A DNA stretch of 64,000 nucleotides, taken from the NCBI GenBank assembly GCA_038087875.1, contig CM075994.1, positions 10,356,001 through 10,420,000 of the forward strand, written 5' to 3'. Numbering within the stretch: position 1 is the first letter of the stretch; each line of letters begins with the position of its first letter. A model generated the notes under the pieces. That model searched no databases, was not told the DNA's origin, and saw only the letters and a program-made list of their open reading frames with translations. Made by a program: the position numbers and the translations under genes. Of this stretch, positions 38,102-50,125 are shown piece by piece. The stretch is from Malacoraja senta. Its lineage: Eukaryota.

Positions 38102-39531
38102 TCTATACTATTACTAAAAGTCTCATCTTGACCACTTCCTGTCTTCGTTGTAAATACATTTTAGAAAAAACGCTACCCTGTATAGCTATGATTTTTCCCC
38201 ATCTTACTCACCGTGCTCCTCTCCTCCAACCGCCCCAAGGTTTTTTCCGATCAGTGAAATAATAAAAAGGTTATGAATGTTCAAAAAATCGTGAAATTAG
38301 CAGATTGGTCCTCTCGCCTGTCAGTCACCATGATGAAGGTAACGCCCCTTCTGGGGGGCCAGGAGAATAAAGCCCCGGAGGCCGGACGTGAGTCAGTCAC
38401 CCCGGAAGACCGTGAGAGTTGAGTCCAGAACTGTGAGTCTACGCCGTGAGTGAACTGAACTGTGAGTCTGCACTCTACTTGAAATGAAATGAATTGGTGG
38501 CCTGCACTCTGGTTGAAATGAAATGAATTGGTGGCCTGCACTCCGCTTGAAATGATATGAATTGGTGGCCTGCACTCTGCTTGAAATGAAATGAATTGGC
38601 AGCTGTGAGTCAACTGCCAGCCCACCAGCCTTGTGTGAGTCAACTGCCAGCCCACCTTTGGCCTATCTGAAACCACTCATTTCGGCCCACAAAGCCCCTA
38701 TTAGCCCAGAAACCAGTCCCTTTTACTCAAAATGCCCGTATTAGCCAAGGAGGATCATTTTGGCCCAAAAGGCCCATGCCAGGCCCGGAAAAGTCCAGAA
38801 AAAGTGTCACTCAGATTTTTAACTTTCTTAAAGATTCCCACCGGCCCATCAGTAAGTATTCTCCCTGTGTATTAAACCTCACCCCCGTATTTTTCACCCT
38901 CCCTTCATTGGCTCCCTGTGAGATCCAGGCCAGGATAGACTTTCCTCATTCATTGCTGTGATCTGTAGAAACAGATGAAAAATGTCTAAAATTGATTCTC
39001 CACCCTCTCCCCCTTCTCTCTCACAGAGTCTCTCACCTGTTTTGGGTAGAATCTCTGGCAGTTTCTGAGCTACCAGCCCTGTGAGACTGATCTGCCAGCC
39101 CACCAGCCCTGAGAGACTGAGCTACCAGCCCACCAGGCCTGAGTGACTGGGCTGCCAGCCCAGAGTGACTGAGCTGCCAGCCCACCAGCCCTGAGTGACT
39201 GAGCTGCCAGCCCACCAGCCCTGAGTGACTGAGTTGCCAGCCCACCAGCCCTGAGTGACTGAGCTGCCAGCCCACCAGGCCTGAGTGACTGAGCTGCCAG
39301 CCCACCAGGCCTGAGTGACTGAGCTGCCAGCCCAAGAATCTATTCATCCCACAATGTCCATACAATCCCTCTGGAATCGTCCCTTCGGCCCACAACACCC
39401 ATACTAGCGCTCCAGAAATCCCCCCTCCCCCACTGGCCACCAATATTGGATTTGGTGGAGAGGTGGAATATTGTGTTGGGGGACCCATCTCCTGTGTGAA
39501 CATGGGACCCAACGGGTCCCACTTAGTCTAG
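38102..39531 (+). mobile_element. Non-autonomous Helitron with ~35-bp and 30-bp internal minisatellites
   Basis: A|TCTATACTATTACTAAAAG 5' end. Perfect hairpin GGGACCC-AAC-GGGTCCC followed by ACTTAGTCTAG|T. No TSD. Confidence 0.88.
39065..39332. repeat. 30-bp minisatellite (GAGCTGCCAGCCCACCAGCCCTGAGTGACT), about 9 copies
   Basis: Direct tandem repeats. Confidence 0.9.
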
Positions 39532-41655
39532 TATATATATATATTTCTCTAATTTCTTTCTTGTGATTTCCTCTAATTATTTGTTGACCTACCCTTTTCT
39601 TTCAATCTCTCTCTCTCTCTCTATGAAATCCTAATATTGTGAATAAAATATCCGTGAACACATGCCAAGATATTTTTTTCATTTGTTTCATTCTATATTA
39701 GTGTAATAAAATGTAGTGTATACATACCTACACTGATACAGAAGTGCCAGCTTAAGACACGAATAATGTATATTGCTACCATAGTTTAGTTTGAATTTAA
39801 CATATATCATGATCTTGATTTTTTGAAGTCCCATTAAATCATTTAAATGTTGTCTAAATTATACTTGAGGAAGTTTTAAAATTTAAATTGCATTTTTCCA
39901 TTTATTGTTTGATTCACATAATTCAATATATCTACATTATATGTTCTCAAACTTAAATGATAAGTAGATAAGAACTTATTCAGTGTTCATTTTCACAATT
40001 GGCCAATTTGTTTCTTAATGTGTGCAATGTCTAAACAAATTACCTGCCTCTTAATTACTTTTTAATACATGAATAAAAGTTAATGTGAATGCAAGCACCC
40101 AAGGACAGATCAGGGAAACTTCCCACATTTTCGATCCCAGAGTGCACGCGTTTTTCACTGCAATCCCATTCAAAAAAGTTTGCACAATGAATTAAATTAA
40201 TTGCATGGTCCAAACTTGTGATAAATTACTTCCTCAGGGATAACGCGGTAAGTACACGGAGCAAGGAAAGCTGTTGCTATGGTGCAAGCTGACTCAAATC
40301 ACTTAATCACGGCTGCAGACTAATGGGGCCCCCCTATTAATGTGCCTTAATATAATAACATTAATGTGTGGCGCTGGCATGACTAACGTGGCGCTGCGTA
40401 CTCTGTACACGCAGGCAAAGATACTAATCACGAAACCGGTTCCCAAGATGGCGCTAAAAATCACCCATCACATACGACTTTTTCGCCGAGTGGACCATCT
40501 TGCCGCGCTCTAAGATCTTTGCTCTGGGGTCTTCTAAAAAGAGATGCGAGGACATTGTGTAAATGTAAGCGGGCTGTTGGTGTACGCACTCGATCTTGGA
40601 GGGAATATTCCATTTCCAATGCGCAAACAGGATAGACGAAGTAGCCGATGGCTTCCGCGGGCTTGGAATGGATTTTGGTCACTCTCGTTTTCTCTGATAC
40701 CGAGAAAGAGACGGCGAGAAAGCGAAGGGCAGAGGAAAGGGGGAGCTGGTTGGAAACTGGCAATGAGTGAGATGAAGCGTTAAATGCTGATGCTCTATAA
40801 GACGCTGGTCTGGCAGCATTTCAAATATTGTGAGCAATTTGGGACACCATATCTGAGGAAGCATGGCCGTCCGAAGGGGGGGGGGGTGCGTTGGGTGCGC
40901 TGGCACCCCCCTTTTTTCCCCCACAATAAGAAAAAATCCCGAGGAAAAAAAAGTGGTTTTGCAGTCTGTCCCGAGGGTAGGACAGACTGCAAAACGACTC
41001 TCTTCTGTATCATCAGCAAACTTGCGAATCTTGCCCTGTGCTGTGACGTTTCACAGAGTGCAGGAGTAATTCAGCGGGTCAGGCTTAGTATAGAGGTTGG
41101 GAGGTCATGTTGCGGTTGCATAAGAAGCTGGTGAGGCCGCATTCAGAGTATTGTATTCAGTTCTGGGCACAATGTGAGAGGAAAGATGTCATCAAACTGG
41201 AAAGGTTACAGTGAAGATTAACGAGCATGTTGCCAGGACTAGAGGGCCAGAGCTATAGGGAGAGGTTGAGTAGGCTGGGACTCTATTTCATGGAGCACAG
41301 GAGGATGAGGGATGATCTAATAGAGGTGTATAAAATCATGATTTGAATAGATCTGGTTGAGTCTTTTACCCAGAGTAGGTGATTCGAGGAGCAGAGGACA
41401 TAAGTTTAAGGTGAAGGGGAAAAGATTTAATAGGAATCTGAGGGGTATATTTTTCACACAAAGGGTGGTAGGTGTCTGGAACAAGCTGCCAGAGGAGGTA
41501 GTTGAGGCTGGGACTATCGCAACATTTAAGAAACAGTTAGACAGGTACATGGATAGGGCAGGTTTGGAGGGATATGGATCAAACGTGGGCAGATGGGAGG
41601 GACTAGTGCAGATGGGACATGCTGGGCCAAAGGGCCTGTTTCCACACTGTATCCG

Positions 41656-42366
41656 TGAAAAAGTTACTTTTATAACTACTAAACCAGGTTCGCTTCTCAA
41701 TAAACAGACACCACACAAACTGTTTGGTAGACCAGTTCAAAACTTTACTTAACATCGGCCGATGGAAGGGAGCGAGAATTCCAGCTAAGTGACCAATGTA
41801 GACACTCGACTGTCCTCGGTCCCCTTCTCTGAACAACAGAATTACATCGCATTATATAGTGTTTCTTTGTCACATTAGCACATTCCACAGACATTAGTCA
41901 TGGTCAGAGGTACAGGAAAAGGCATCACATCAAAGGCCTTTTGTTTACATGGTACAAGATATACTGAAAACATTGGCCATTTGTCTTAGGTCATTTTATC
42001 TTAAAAGAGATCACCCTAGCTCTTTCGCTACTTCCTCTCTGTCACTTGGTCCCTCATAAACATAGGCCATTTGGTTTATGGCATCTTATCTTTCCACTTC
42101 CCTGGTTCCTCTCTCATCACCTCCTCCCCCATAAACATTGGCCATTTGTCTTATGGCATCTTACTTCAAAGATGTGACTAGCTGTTTCTTTCTCTGTCAC
42201 TTCCTCACTTGGGAGACAATGTTATGGTATTTATTATCTCAATACCCCAAAACCTGAGGCAACTTAACTTGCCTTTCTGTATTATTCTACTGGAGAAAAG
42301 CCTGATTTGAGACTAAATATAAGCTGTAAGCTTTTCTTATATTTTTAACATAATTCAGCTTTATCA
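41656..42366 (-). repeat. ERV 3' LTR (711 bp)
   Basis: Direct repeat of 46083-46793, preceded on the minus strand by the purine tract AAAAGGATGGAA (42367-42378). Minus-strand CCAAT-type repeats, TATATAA (~41852-41858) and AGTAAA (41744-41749). Confidence 0.95.
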
Positions 42367-43856
42367 TTCCATCCTTTTATCAAAATCTTGATAATAACTA
42401 CAGTCCTTGCCGAGTACATACAAAAGACCATAAGCATCTCATCAGGCAAATTATCTCACTGTCTGTAGTCAGGGTATCTTTGCTGCATTTGTCATGTTTG
42501 ACTCCAATCTTGTTTAAAAGGATGTGTGTACCATCCTTTAAATGTGGGTTAGTCCGCAAGTTTGCCATTCTGAAGAAAGTCCAGTCCATGTGGGCCACCC
42601 CAGAATAAAAGAGGGTCAATAGCTCCACAAACCGTTCACAGTCAATCAAATGTATCCAACGACGATGATCTTCAATCTTCACAGCAGTTTATGTTGTTGA
42701 TAGCACTTGGTTTTTCCTTTCAACACAATCTCAATTTCTTCTTGTCCCAGCACATGGTCATTTTGTAGCCTTTATGGACTCGTCCCTGTGCTCACAGCTC
42801 CTCTAACCTGGGAATGCAGATCTGGCAAGACCTGGGTTAATTGCTGTCCATACATAATTAGTTAATTGCCCAGGGCCTGTAGTTGGCTTCCCCCCACTCT
42901 CCAGGGGGTGGGCACAGCAGCCTTTCCTGTATCAATAAAAAAGTTGTAAATTCTGTTTCTCTAGCTGCAGTTGAATGACCCCTATCTACTCTGAAGAAGG
43001 GCTTCGGCCCAAAATGATGCCTATTTCCTTCGCTCCTTTGATGCTGCTTCATCCCCTGAGTTTCTCCAGCACTTTTGTCTACCTTTGATTTTCCAGCATC
43101 TGCAGTTCCTTCTTAAACACTTCTCTGTGAACTTATTCTTTAATCCGATTATATCTGAAGAGGCTCTCCCCACCTAAATATTAAATTCTCCAAATATGTT
43201 CTCTTCCCCAATTTACTTATCTTCTCACCTTTTATCCCTCATTAAAGGACAACCTCTGTTATCACATCAAAACAATCTTTCCCAAAAGAACTCACTCAGA
43301 ATCGGTAATCAATAATACATTTTCTTTTTCTCTGTAATTTTGACATTTCCAATCTCATTTAACACTTTAATTGGGATGAGTCTCTTTTTGAACTCGGCTC
43401 AAAAGATTTATAACAACCAACACATTTTATCATTTGAGTATAGCTCCACCCCCCATTCATGGCAGTGTCTTAAAGGAACACACCATAACCTGCCTGTTCA
43501 TTTGCATTTTAAAGGACAAACTGTTCTTAAAGGGACTCACACCTTTGCTCATTGCTTCAAATTTCACACATTCCACATAGAAAAAACATTGTTTTACAAG
43601 CAGTACATACACACAAAAAAATTGTTTTACCAGCAGTATATAATATTTCATCTTCAAAGACGTCTCTTTGTAATTTACTTTCCCTTTTTCTGACAAGACT
43701 TCTGTTTACCAGAATCCTGGTTACCTAACCCTAATTGGACTTTGATCCAGATCATGATTAGTCAGACTCCCCGTGACTTTTCAGTCTCCCTATCCTATCC
43801 TCATTTCTCCACCGAATTTGTCTTCATCCCCAATTTTTCTATAACATAGTTGCTTG

Positions 43857-44471
43857 TCAGAAAAAGGATTCCCCCGGGGTAATTTTGTTTTGCAATGCCC
43901 CATAGGCTCTTTCCACCATCCCAGATGCCTGTGGGTGATGTACACAGTGAAATTGCTGTCGGATATAAAAATGTGTACATATTTCCTTATTAATAGTGGC
44001 AATAAAATGGGGACCATTGTCCAAGCTTATGACAGTAGGTAGGCCAAACCTGGGAATAACTTCCCTTAACACCAATGTTACTGTAGTCTTAGCAGTATCA
44101 TTAGTGGTTGGTAGAGCTTCAATCCACCTGCTAAATAAATCTAAAATAACTAAGCAATATTTATAACACTGGGCCCTTGGCATTTCAATAAAATCAATCT
44201 GTATGCATTCAAACGGTCGTGATGGCATTGGTGTCACCCCTGAGGGTATCCTAATTGGTTTGCCTGGATTATTTCGTTGGCAAATTTTACATTCAGAGGC
44301 CTGCTTCAGTGCCTCTTGCCGGATTTTTAGGTGCCACCACGTTTCCTTTGTCATCCTTATCATTCCCTCCTTACCAGCATGGGTAAGTGAGTGAATATAT
44401 GTTAGTAAAACAGGTAAAAATGCATCAGATACACCAACTTGTCCAAGCGGGGTGAGCCGAATCAATGGCAC
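43857..44471 (-). pseudogene. Retroviral integrase (HHCC zinc finger and DDE core), truncated
   Basis: IHSLTHAG...CKICQRNN...QIDFIEMP...DLFSRWIEA...SLDNGPHF...HPQASGMVER. A separate C-terminal remnant (AVKIEDHRRWIHLIDC) lies at ~42640-42690. Confidence 0.9.
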
Positions 44472-45408
44472 AGCCCTCTTGTTTCCATAGTTGTTTTGGG
44501 TTATCAGAGGCGTCCCTCTGTAATGTACATACTTCCCTCATGTTTGGCAGGACCGTTCTATTTGCTAGCATCTGTTTACCTGCTGTCACTAAGCATTTGT
44601 ATGCATAGGCTGCTTGTTTGGCTACACTATCGGCAAATGCATTGCCTTTTGTTATAGGGTCCCCAGCACCAGTGTGTGCAGCACATTTAATAATGGTCAG
44701 CTGTTCTGGTATCATCAATGCCTTAAGCAAATAATGCACAGAAAGGCATTCCCGTGCTCCCAATCCTGGGGAGCTTTGTAAGGTCAGAACTTCAAGGTAT
44801 AGGGATATTACTGACGGAGCTGTCAGAGGTAAGTATGCCATCGCTACTGGTAGGACGTAGGGAGGTGGACATCTCCCAGGATTATCTAACTCCTCATCTT
44901 CACTACCAAACAGGGTCGTCGTGCCAGACATGAAGTCTCCTCCAGAGGATTTACCAGTACTGAGGTTATTTTTACTAACCATCACCTGTTGCTCACCTCC
45001 TGCCTGTCTCTTAATTATTTTCTCTTGTTCCTCCGCCCACTGGCATTCTAGTTGCAATACTTTCCATCCTTTCATAGTGCCATCCTTATTTCGTAACTCT
45101 ATCCCTTGTTTACATGCAGTATCCATCCAACTTCGATCTCTACTCTCCTCATGCTTCGTCTCTGCTTCTGCTTTCCACGTTTTAATTCCCTTCTTCCATT
45201 TCTTTCCTGCCTTCCTTTCCCATATCAACATTTCTGCTTTTTTAATTGTCTCGACATTCCATGTGCCCCCTACTGGCCAGGCTTCATCCCCCAACCGTTT
45301 GGTCAACTTGTAACTTAACATTCTAAATTTCTTATTATACTTAGGATTCAAATAACACATATGTTGGACGGGGGTTCCCCCCTCACTGTTATCCAAAGCA
45401 TTCCCCAT
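44425..45408 (-). CDS. ERV Gag N-terminus (MG start, PPPY late domain) fused in frame to the RNase H C-terminal segment, 327 aa
   Basis: MGNALDNS... (ATG at 45408)...GRCPPPYVLP...LLKALMIPEQLTIIKCAAHTGAGDPITKGNAFADSVAKQAA. Confidence 0.75.
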   Translation of the reverse strand: MGNALDNSEGGTPVQHMCYLNPKYNKKFRMLSYKLTKRLGDEAWPVGGTWNVETIKKAEMLIWERKAGKKWKKGIKTWKAEAETKHEESRDRSWMDTACKQGIELRNKDGTMKGWKVLQLECQWAEEQEKIIKRQAGGEQQVMVSKNNLSTGKSSGGDFMSGTTTLFGSEDEELDNPGRCPPPYVLPVAMAYLPLTAPSVISLYLEVLTLQSSPGLGARECLSVHYLLKALMIPEQLTIIKCAAHTGAGDPITKGNAFADSVAKQAAYAYKCLVTAGKQMLANRTVLPNMREVCTLQRDASDNPKQLWKQEGCAIDSAHPAWTSWCI

Positions 45409-46064
45409 AGCTAGATAGAGAAAAAGAGAGAGAGAGAAAAAAAAAATAAAAGAAAAAGAAAAAGAAAAAGAAAGCAGACCGCTTGATTCCGAAACGTGCA
45501 AAATATATCAACCAGGCCGACTCGCGACTCGAGACCCCAGTTTCTCAATTTGGCTGACTGTTTAACTTTGTAATATACAACGCCACTTATTTCTCAATCC
45601 GACAACTCCCCGGATGTTTCAATAAGCCAGACGCACACCTCACCTCCCGTATCTCAACCCGACAAAACACGGATGTCTCAACGAGGCCGATAAGCCCTTA
45701 GTAGAGAGAAAAGAAAAAAACAAAGAGAGATAGACAGAGAGAGAGAAAGAGAAACCACTCACGTCCTTCTTAACAAGATACACAAGCCCTTCTTAAAAAT
45801 ACAAGCACAAGTCTGTCTTAAAAATACATACACAATCCCCACTAAAAAAACCCTATAAAGCCCAACTGGTCTTACCTTAGTCTGTTGCTAAGAACCTCGG
45901 CAGGGAACCTGGATCAACCTCTGATGAAGGATCACAGACGTTCCCGGGAGTTTCTAGGGAGTCGGTCTTACAAGGGGGCCGATAGAGCTCAGTTATCTCC
46001 CTTCCAATCCCGGCAACCTCTGCAACCTCTTGCACAGTCAGCCGTTGATGTGGTCCCAGCGAGG

Positions 46065-46081
46065 CCTGCATAACTACGCCA
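46065..46081 (-). promoter_or_regulatory. ERV primer-binding site, tRNA-Ser-like
   Basis: Minus strand TGGCGTAGTTATGCAGG starts 1 nt after the 5' LTR. It resembles the complement of the tRNA-Ser 3' end (TGGCGTAGTCGGCAGG), imperfectly. Confidence 0.75.
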
Positions 46082-46082
46082 A

Positions 46083-46793
46083 TGAAAAAGTTACTTTTAT
46101 AACTACTAAACCAGGTTCGCTTCTCAATAAACAGACACCACACAAACTGTTTGGTAGACCAGTTCAAAACTTTACTTAACATCGGCCGATGGAAGGGAGC
46201 GAGAATTCCAGCTAAGTGACCAATGTAGACACTCGACTGTCCTCGGTCCCCTTCTCTGAACAACAGAATTACATCGCATTATATAGTGTTTCTTTGTCAC
46301 ATTAGCACATTCCACAGACATTAGTCATGGTCAGAGGTACAGGAAAAGGCATCACATCAAAGGCCTTTTGTTTACATGGTACAAGATATACTGAAAACAT
46401 TGGCCATTTGTCTTAGGTCATTTTATCTTAAAAGAGATCACCCTAGCTCTTTCGCTACTTCCTCTCTGTCACTTGGTCCCTCATAAACATAGGCCATTTG
46501 GTTTATGGCATCTTATCTTTCCACTTCCCTGGTTCCTCTCTCATCACCTCCTCCCCCATAAACATTGGCCATTTGTCTTATGGCATCTTACTTCAAAGAT
46601 GTGACTAGCTGTTTCTTTCTCTGTCACTTCCTCACTTGGGAGACAATGTTATGGTATTTATTATCTCAATACCCCAAAACCTGAGGCAACTTAACTTGCC
46701 TTTCTGTATTATTCTACTGGAGAAAAGCCTGATTTGAGACTAAATATAAGCTGTAAGCTTTTCTTATATTTTTAACATAATTCAGCTTTATCA
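46083..46793 (-). repeat. ERV 5' LTR (711 bp)
   Basis: No differences from 41656-42366 found by eye; followed on the minus strand by the PBS. Confidence 0.95.
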
Positions 46794-47726
46794 TCCGTCT
46801 ATGACTATCTATCTTTCCCTCTCAAACCCATTCTCCTGTCTTCTCCCCATTACCTCTGACAATCAAAAATCTATCAATCTCCTCCTGAAAAATGTCCACT
46901 GACTTGGCCTGCACTGCTGTCTGCGGCAATGAATTCCACAGTTCACCACCCTTTGACAAGAAATTCCTGCTCATCTCCTTCCTAAAGGAATGTTTTTTTT
47001 ATTCTGAGGCTGTGGCCACTGGTCCTAGACTCTCCCACTAGTGGAAACATCCACTCCACATCCACTCCATCCAGGCTTTTACCAGGGTAGGACAGAGTGC
47101 AACAGCGTCACACCATGTCACAAAGCTCATGTCCTGTCCTGCATCACCCAAGGCAGCAGAGACGTTATAGGAGAGGGCAAGCACCGTCACAAAGTAGCTC
47201 ACGATGGTTTTGGTAACATTCAGGAATGTCTATGCATGTCACATCATGTATATTACTGAAGAAGGGTCTTGACCCGAAATATAATCTATACCTTTTCTCC
47301 AGAGATGCTGCCTGGCCCACGGAGTTACTCCAGCACTCTGTGACATGTCACCCAACCATGTTCTCCACAGATGCTGCCTGACCCACTGAGTTACTCCATT
47401 CTGTGACATGTCACCTATCCATGTTCTCCACAGATACTGCCTGACCCACTGAGTTACTCCAGCACTCTGTGTCTATTTTCCCTTCACCCATCTGCCCAAG
47501 CCCACCCTCCCCCCTCCTTTCCTATGTTCCTTTCCACCCATAAACCTCTCTCTGCCTTTACATTTCACTCCTCTTTGAAATCTGCTCTACTTATCTACAT
47601 GCATTTTTCTTCTTAACGTTTTAGTCATAGAATGATGCAGTGTGGAAACAGGCCCTTCAACCCAACTTGCCCACACCGACCAACATGTCCCATCCACACT
47701 AGTCCCACTCACACACGTTTGGCCCA

Positions 47727-47730
47727 TCTA

Positions 47731-47788
<58 letters not shown>

Positions 47789-47792
47789 CTAT
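47727..47792. repeat. (ATCT)n microsatellite
   Basis: Direct inspection. Confidence 0.95.
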
Positions 47793-48780
47793 CTTAAGCA
47801 CGTTCGGTGTCCAGACCCAACGGGTCTGCAATTGGTCTAGTAATATATTAAAACTCTGTGGCTGCCGGCCGCCTGCTTGACTTGTGCCAGCCAGCCCCTT
47901 TGATACGCCAACACCGCACGCAGAAACGGCGAGATTTTTTTTCCATTTCGGTAGAGATTTCTTTTTTCTTTACGAATAGCCGCTCCTGATTAAATTTCGT
48001 CGTGTTTATGTACACTTTTTTAAATAAAATCATTCTCCCCCCCTACCCCCGAAATACACAGCTCTCAGCAATAGAATGTTAGTGAAGCTTCCGTCGTGTG
48101 ATGTCACAATGCCCAATGCTCACACATGTCCAATCGGAATTGATCCATTTACATATGCCTTTGAAGCAGCCCAAGCCAAAGCCCTTCCCCCTTTTTTTTC
48201 ACTAATGATTTTCACCCCGGGGTCTGAAAAACGTTCGGGATCTCACACCCCGGGGTCTTAAGCACGTTCGGTGTCCAGACCCAACGGGTCTGCACTTGGT
48301 CTAGTAATATATTAAAACTCTGTGCCAGCCAGCCCCTTTGATACCGCGCTACACCAACACCGCACGCAGAAACGCCGATATTTTTTTTCAATTTCGGTAG
48401 AGATTTCATTTTTCTTTACGAATAGCCACTTCTGATTAAATTTCGTCGTATTTATGTACACATTTTAAAATAAAATCCTTCACCCCCACCCCCCCCCCCC
48501 CCCCCCCACTCACTCATTTTGTCTCCTCCTGCTGGTCAGCTGCTGTCGACCGCCTCTGCTCCGAAAATGACGCAATCTTTTTTTCGCTAGCGATTTTCAC
48601 CCCGGGCTATGAATCACATTCGGACTCTAAAACCCCGGGTTCTGAAGCACGTTCAGTGTCCAGGGATCTGAAGCACGTTCTGAATTTTCACCCCGGGGTC
48701 TGAAACATGTTCTGTTTTTTTTTTCGCTAATCGATTTTCACGTTCGGTGTCCAGACCCAACGGGTCTGCACTTGGTCTAG
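47793..48780 (+). mobile_element. Head-to-tail array of short non-autonomous Helitron units (three 3' ends)
   Basis: CAGACCC-AAC-GGGTCTG hairpin plus TTGGTCTAG|T ending at 47840, 48304 and 48780; units of ~465-475 bp. Confidence 0.8.
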
Positions 48781-49137
48781 TATCCATCTAAACCTGTCCT
48801 ATCCATCTACTTATCCAAATGCCTCTTAAACATTAGGATAGTCCCAGCCTTAACTACCTCCTCTGGCAGCTCGTTCCATACACCCACCACCCTTTGTGCG
48901 AAAAAGCTACCTCTCAGATTCCTGTTAATTTCTGAAATATTGGTCATAAATTTGGTGCAAAAATGCAACAAAATAAGGCTCAGAATGCATTAGAGAGCAT
49001 CTAAAACCCCTGAGCTTCGAGGGACTTCACGCTTCGCGCTCGTGATGTACACAGCGCGCACATTATATCACATTAAAATGTTTGTAATCCTTTCATGCCA
49101 CCCCCCCCCCCTTTTTGAAAAACTTCGTACGGGCCTG

Positions 49138-49640
49138 GGAAGGATGTGCAGGCTCTGGAGAGGGTCCAGCGGAGGTTTACAAGAATTATCCCAGGAATTA
49201 GTTATTTAACATATGACGTGCATTTGACGGCACTGGGCCTGTATTCGCTGTAGTTTAGAAGAATGAAGGGGAACCTCATTGCAACACACAGAATAGTGAA
49301 AGGCTTGGATAGAGTGGATGTGGGGAGGATGTTTCCACTAGTGGGAGAGTCCGGGACAAGAGGTCACAGCCTCAGAATTAAATGACATTCTTTTAAGGAG
49401 AGGAGGAGGGATTTCTTTAGTCAGAGGGCGGAGAACCTGTGGAATTCTTTGCCACAAAAGGCTGTGTCAGTTGATATATTTAAGGCAGAGACAGATAGAT
49501 TCGTGATATGGGTGTCAGAGGTTATGGGGAGAAGGCAGGAGAATGGGGTTAGGAGGGAGTGATAGATCAGTTATGATTGAATGGCGGAGTTCACTTGATA
49601 GTCCGATTAGCCTAATTCTTCTACTCCTATTACGAATGAA
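49138..49640 (+). mobile_element. CR1 3' fragment (5' part at 40785-40861)
   Basis: RKDVQALERVQRRFTRIIPG...TRGHSLRI plus 3'UTR; contiguous with 40785-40861 once the nested elements are removed. Confidence 0.85.
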
Positions 49641-50125
49641 CTTAATGCGGTGAACGAAAGCAGGAAACAGCAGCAATGTAGACTTGATATAACAGAGAGA
49701 GATGAGGGAGGGGTCTGGCGGCGACTGAATCAAGGGATGATCTATGTAACCACGTTCAACTATGGACTTTAGGACCAGGGGGAGCCCGGGGCTCAGGACC
49801 CGCCGCCCGCGGCTGCTGCTGAACCCGCGGGAAGGGCGATTGTTTCAATCTTTATATTTTCACAAGTAATTTCTGTTCCGTTGCCGGACGCGGTTAACGC
49901 GTTAAAATAAACGGATCGACAGACAGCTCTGATTTAAGTTGCTGTTTATTTCACTCTTCCCACATTTACATTCCCCCTGGTTTTATTTCCGCGCTCACTC
50001 GGGTTTCACGACGCGGAATTTGGGGATCAAATGGGAGCCGTTCAGCGCCAACCTGTTGTCCACCGGGTTTCTGCCCCACAGCCCCTGAGCCCCGCTCCTG
50101 ACGCCGGTCCCGGGACCCGACCCTT

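Larger units (their letters stand above)
41656..46793 (-). mobile_element. Endogenous retrovirus, internally deleted (class I, gamma/epsilon-like), 4-bp TSD TCCG
   Basis: Two 711-bp TG...CA LTRs. TCCG at 41652-41655 and 46794-46797. PBS, PPT, gag, RNase H and integrase remnants on the minus strand. Confidence 0.95.
40862..49137. mobile_element. Non-autonomous TIR DNA transposon with 5-bp TSD (GGAAG), carrying nested insertions
   Basis: Termini CATGGCCGTCCGAAG and (reverse complement) CAGGCCCGTACGAAG match at 12/15. GGAAG at 40857-40861 and 49138-49142. The flanks rejoin as contiguous CR1 sequence (CTGAGGAAGGATGTG). Confidence 0.72.

Noticed and set aside
43120..43850. Possible env or accessory gene in the ERV interior
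   Set aside because: Only short AT-rich ORFs; no signal peptide, furin site, CX6CC motif or transmembrane pattern seen.
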